From positions 1-64,000 of the forward strand of contig CAVOXA010000001.1 of NCBI GenBank assembly GCA_963700285.1: a stretch of DNA of 64,000 nucleotides, written 5' to 3'. The stretch's first letter is position 1. Each line of letters starts with the position of its first letter. Origin of the DNA: an uncultured Chloroflexia bacterium. Its GTDB lineage: Bacteria; Chloroflexota; Anaerolineae; JAAYZQ01. The notes beneath the pieces are model-generated. The model was not told the origin of the DNA, did no database searches, and saw only the letters and a list, made by a program, of their open reading frames with translations. Made by a program: the position numbers and the translations under genes. Of the stretch, positions 61,621-64,000 are shown piece after piece.

Positions 61621-62614
61621 ATGGAACATGACCTGCGCTTGACGATCTTTTGGATCGTCCATCTGCTTCTGCTCGGCCTCTTTGCCCTTGAACTTGCCTT
61701 TGTCCTGTCCGTGTGGCTCAAGGCCAGGGTACCAGGGCTTCCAGCCGACGCCTCCCGGTGGCGCAAACTGGGCGCAGCATTGGGCTCTGGGTTCAGGCTG
61801 GTGTTCAGCCGGCGATCTGGACCCTGCTGAAGGCGCTGGTCGTGGACGGCATGGTCCACCGCCGGCTCTATCACATCGACCTGCGGCGCTGGGCTGTCCA
61901 CATCGCGGTTTTTGGCTCGTGGCTGGTGCTGGGTATTCTTTCGACCATCACCGGCGTTGTCGTCGAGATCCTACCCTTGCTGGGCATGAGCCCCTGGAGG
62001 CCGCCTCCCTGCCCATCATCGGCCCTCTGTACCACGCCGACGTGTGGTGGGTTGCTCTGCTCAATGAAGTGCTGGGACTGGTCGTGCTGGGCGGTATGAT
62101 TCTGGTGATCTATCGCCGCTATGTCCAGAAGGATCCTCAGCTGCGAACCATCCCCGCGGACAGTATCGTCATCACGTTCCTGACCCTCATCGCCTTTAGC
62201 GGTTTTCCGGCGGAGACCTTTCGATTGCTGGCCGACTATACGACACCCGCAGGGAGTCTTTGCTCCCAGCCCGATCCATGCTGCCCCCGGACAAACTTCC
62301 GCCTGTTCTGTACGATCGTCTGGGGGCCCCAGTGGGGGTTCGCCGGCTACCTGTCTCAGCCCTCGGTCTCGGAGCACTGCGGGTCAGCCCCGAGGTTTGG
62401 GACCTGTTCCACAACCTCTTCGTTCTGGCTGCATTTCGTCATTGTCACTGCCCTGCTGTTCCTCCTGCCCTTCAGCCGCTTCTTCCACGTGATCATGAGC
62501 CCCGTCATCGTCGCCTACAATACGGTGGCGGAGCAGGAGGCTCACGATGAGCGCCTGCGTCACCGCCGGAAGATGCCGCACATTGCTGCTGGGCCCCAGG
62601 CGCCAGCAGCGTAG
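61621..62614 (+). CDS. NarI/HdrE-like membrane cytochrome b subunit, several frameshifts
   Basis: RWAVHIAVFG, IYRRY, WLHFVI..LPFSRFFHVI.SP. Confidence 0.75.
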
Positions 62615-62626
62615 GGAGGAGAAGCA

Positions 62627-63857
62627 ATGGCCAGGGAGAACCGGAAAGTAGATCTGGCGAATTTCACCCTGCATCAGATGATGGAGATGGAGGCCTGCAC
62701 CCGCTGTGGTGAGTGTATCGAGAGCCTGCCCCACCTTTGCCGAGGCGCAGAGCGAAGAGATTCATCCCCTGCAAAAGATCACCCGGATCAAGAATTTCTG
62801 GAAGGCCGACCATCTGGGGTTCCTGGCGCGGCTGTTCGGCATCCGTCCGCCCACGGAGGACGAAAGGGCAGCCTTTGGCCGGGGGGTCTACCAGTGCACG
62901 CTCTGCGCCCGTTGCCACGTGGTCTGTCCGGTGCAGATCGATACCCGCCCGCTTTGGATCTCGATGCGCGAGCAGTTGGTCGAATGGGGCCTTTACCCTG
63001 AGGTCTTTGACACCCTGAGGGATCGCGTCACCAGCCAGTACAATATCTCGGGGGAGGACAATGCCAATCGCCTGGTCTGGACAGAGAACATGGACCAAGT
63101 CCCCGAGGGCCTGGAACGCAAAATAGGTGCGGACACCGTCTATTTCGTGGGTTGCGTCGGGTCCCTGTATCCCCGCGTGTATAGCGTGCCCCAGAGCTTT
63201 GTCCAGATCCTGGAACGCGCCGGTGAGGACTTTACCACGCTGGGTGGCGAGGAATGGTGCTGCGGCTTCCCGCTGCAGATTGCCGGAATGGGCAAATCGG
63301 CCCTGGATCTGGCTCGCCACAATGTCGAAGCGGTACAGGCCATCGGCGCCCGGCGGTTGGTAGCCACCTGCCCTTCCTGTTACCATACCTGGGTGCACGA
63401 GTATCCCCGCATTCTCGGAGAGCCGCTGGGGGTGGAAGTGCTCCATGCCACTGAACTACTAGGTGAGCTGATTGCTGAACGGAGGATCGAACTGCGCGGT
63501 TTCCCGCAACCGGTGACCTATCACGACCCCTGTGACCTGGGCCGTACCAGCGCCATCTATGATGAACCGCGCGAGATCATCCAGGCCATCCCCGGCATCC
63601 AGTTCACCGAAATGGCTGATAATCGGGAGATGGCCCTGTGCTGCGGTGGCGGGGGCGACGCCGAAATGGCCGATGCCCAGCTGACGGCCGCCGTCGCCAG
63701 GCGCCGCATCGAGCAGGTCCAGGAGACAGGCGCCAAGGTGGTGATCTCTGCCTGCCAGCAGTGCAACCGCACGCTGGCAGAGGCCGCCCGCAGAAATCGA
63801 ATCCGCGTCCGAGCCATGGATATTACCGAGGTGGTTTTGGCCGCGATGGAAGAATGA
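62627..63857 (+). CDS. HdrD/GlpC-like Fe-S oxidoreductase with two CCG domains (frameshift near 62722)
   Basis: CTRCGEC..CP, CTLCARC..VCP, YFVGC, EWCCG, CPSC, YHDPCDLGR, CCGGGG, ACQQC. Confidence 0.88.
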
Positions 63858-63889
63858 ATACCCAACCGGATAGAGGGAGGTAAGGAACC

Positions 63890-64000
63890 ATGAAGATCGA
63901 TCAATACGAGTTCCCCGACGATCTACTTTTCGATCTGGAGCACAATTGGGTCCGTATCGAGGGAGGCACGGCGACCATCGGCCTGAGTGACTTTGGGCAG
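63890..64000 (+). CDS. GcvH-like lipoyl-carrier protein (partial)
   Basis: MKIDQYEFPDDLLFDLEHNWVRIEGGTATIGLSDFGQ. Confidence 0.8.
   Translation, partial: MKIDQYEFPDDLLFDLEHNWVRIEGGTATIGLSDFGQ

Overview
GC-rich (~60%) bacterial chromosomal segment, most likely Chloroflexota/Anaerolineae (inferred from gene style, Pro/Thr-rich exported proteins and a C-terminal 'LYLPLI' motif). It is mostly housekeeping and accessory metabolism: S8 protease, cinA, acpS, an M16 peptidase pair, lspA, rluA-family, a sugar ABC transporter, a polyphosphate cluster (CYTH-CHAD plus two PPK2), pepF, purA, an SCO1664/DUF3090/phosphomutase trio, ftsH, yvcK-gap-pgk, pcrA, an MFS transporter, a giant amidase/glycoside hydrolase, and an HdrE/HdrD-like plus GcvH module. 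Four signals stand out. (1) An Ile-specific T-box operon carries DUF6687, AlaX, an IleRS2 with the non-canonical GAHH signature and a second intact 904-aa IleRS paralog that has lost its catalytic and editing motifs but keeps four CxxC motifs. (2) An ISAs1 element is flanked by ~35-bp imperfect direct repeats that duplicate the -35 box of the yvcK-gap-pgk promoter. (3) A ~21-25-bp palindromic mini-repeat is inserted in frame in proteins and nested inside larger palindromes. (4) Two adjacent PPK2 proteins have oppositely charged tails. Many genes, including gap, carry single-base frameshifts in clusters; these are most likely sequencing/assembly indels. All family assignments come from motif recognition by eye, not from database searches.
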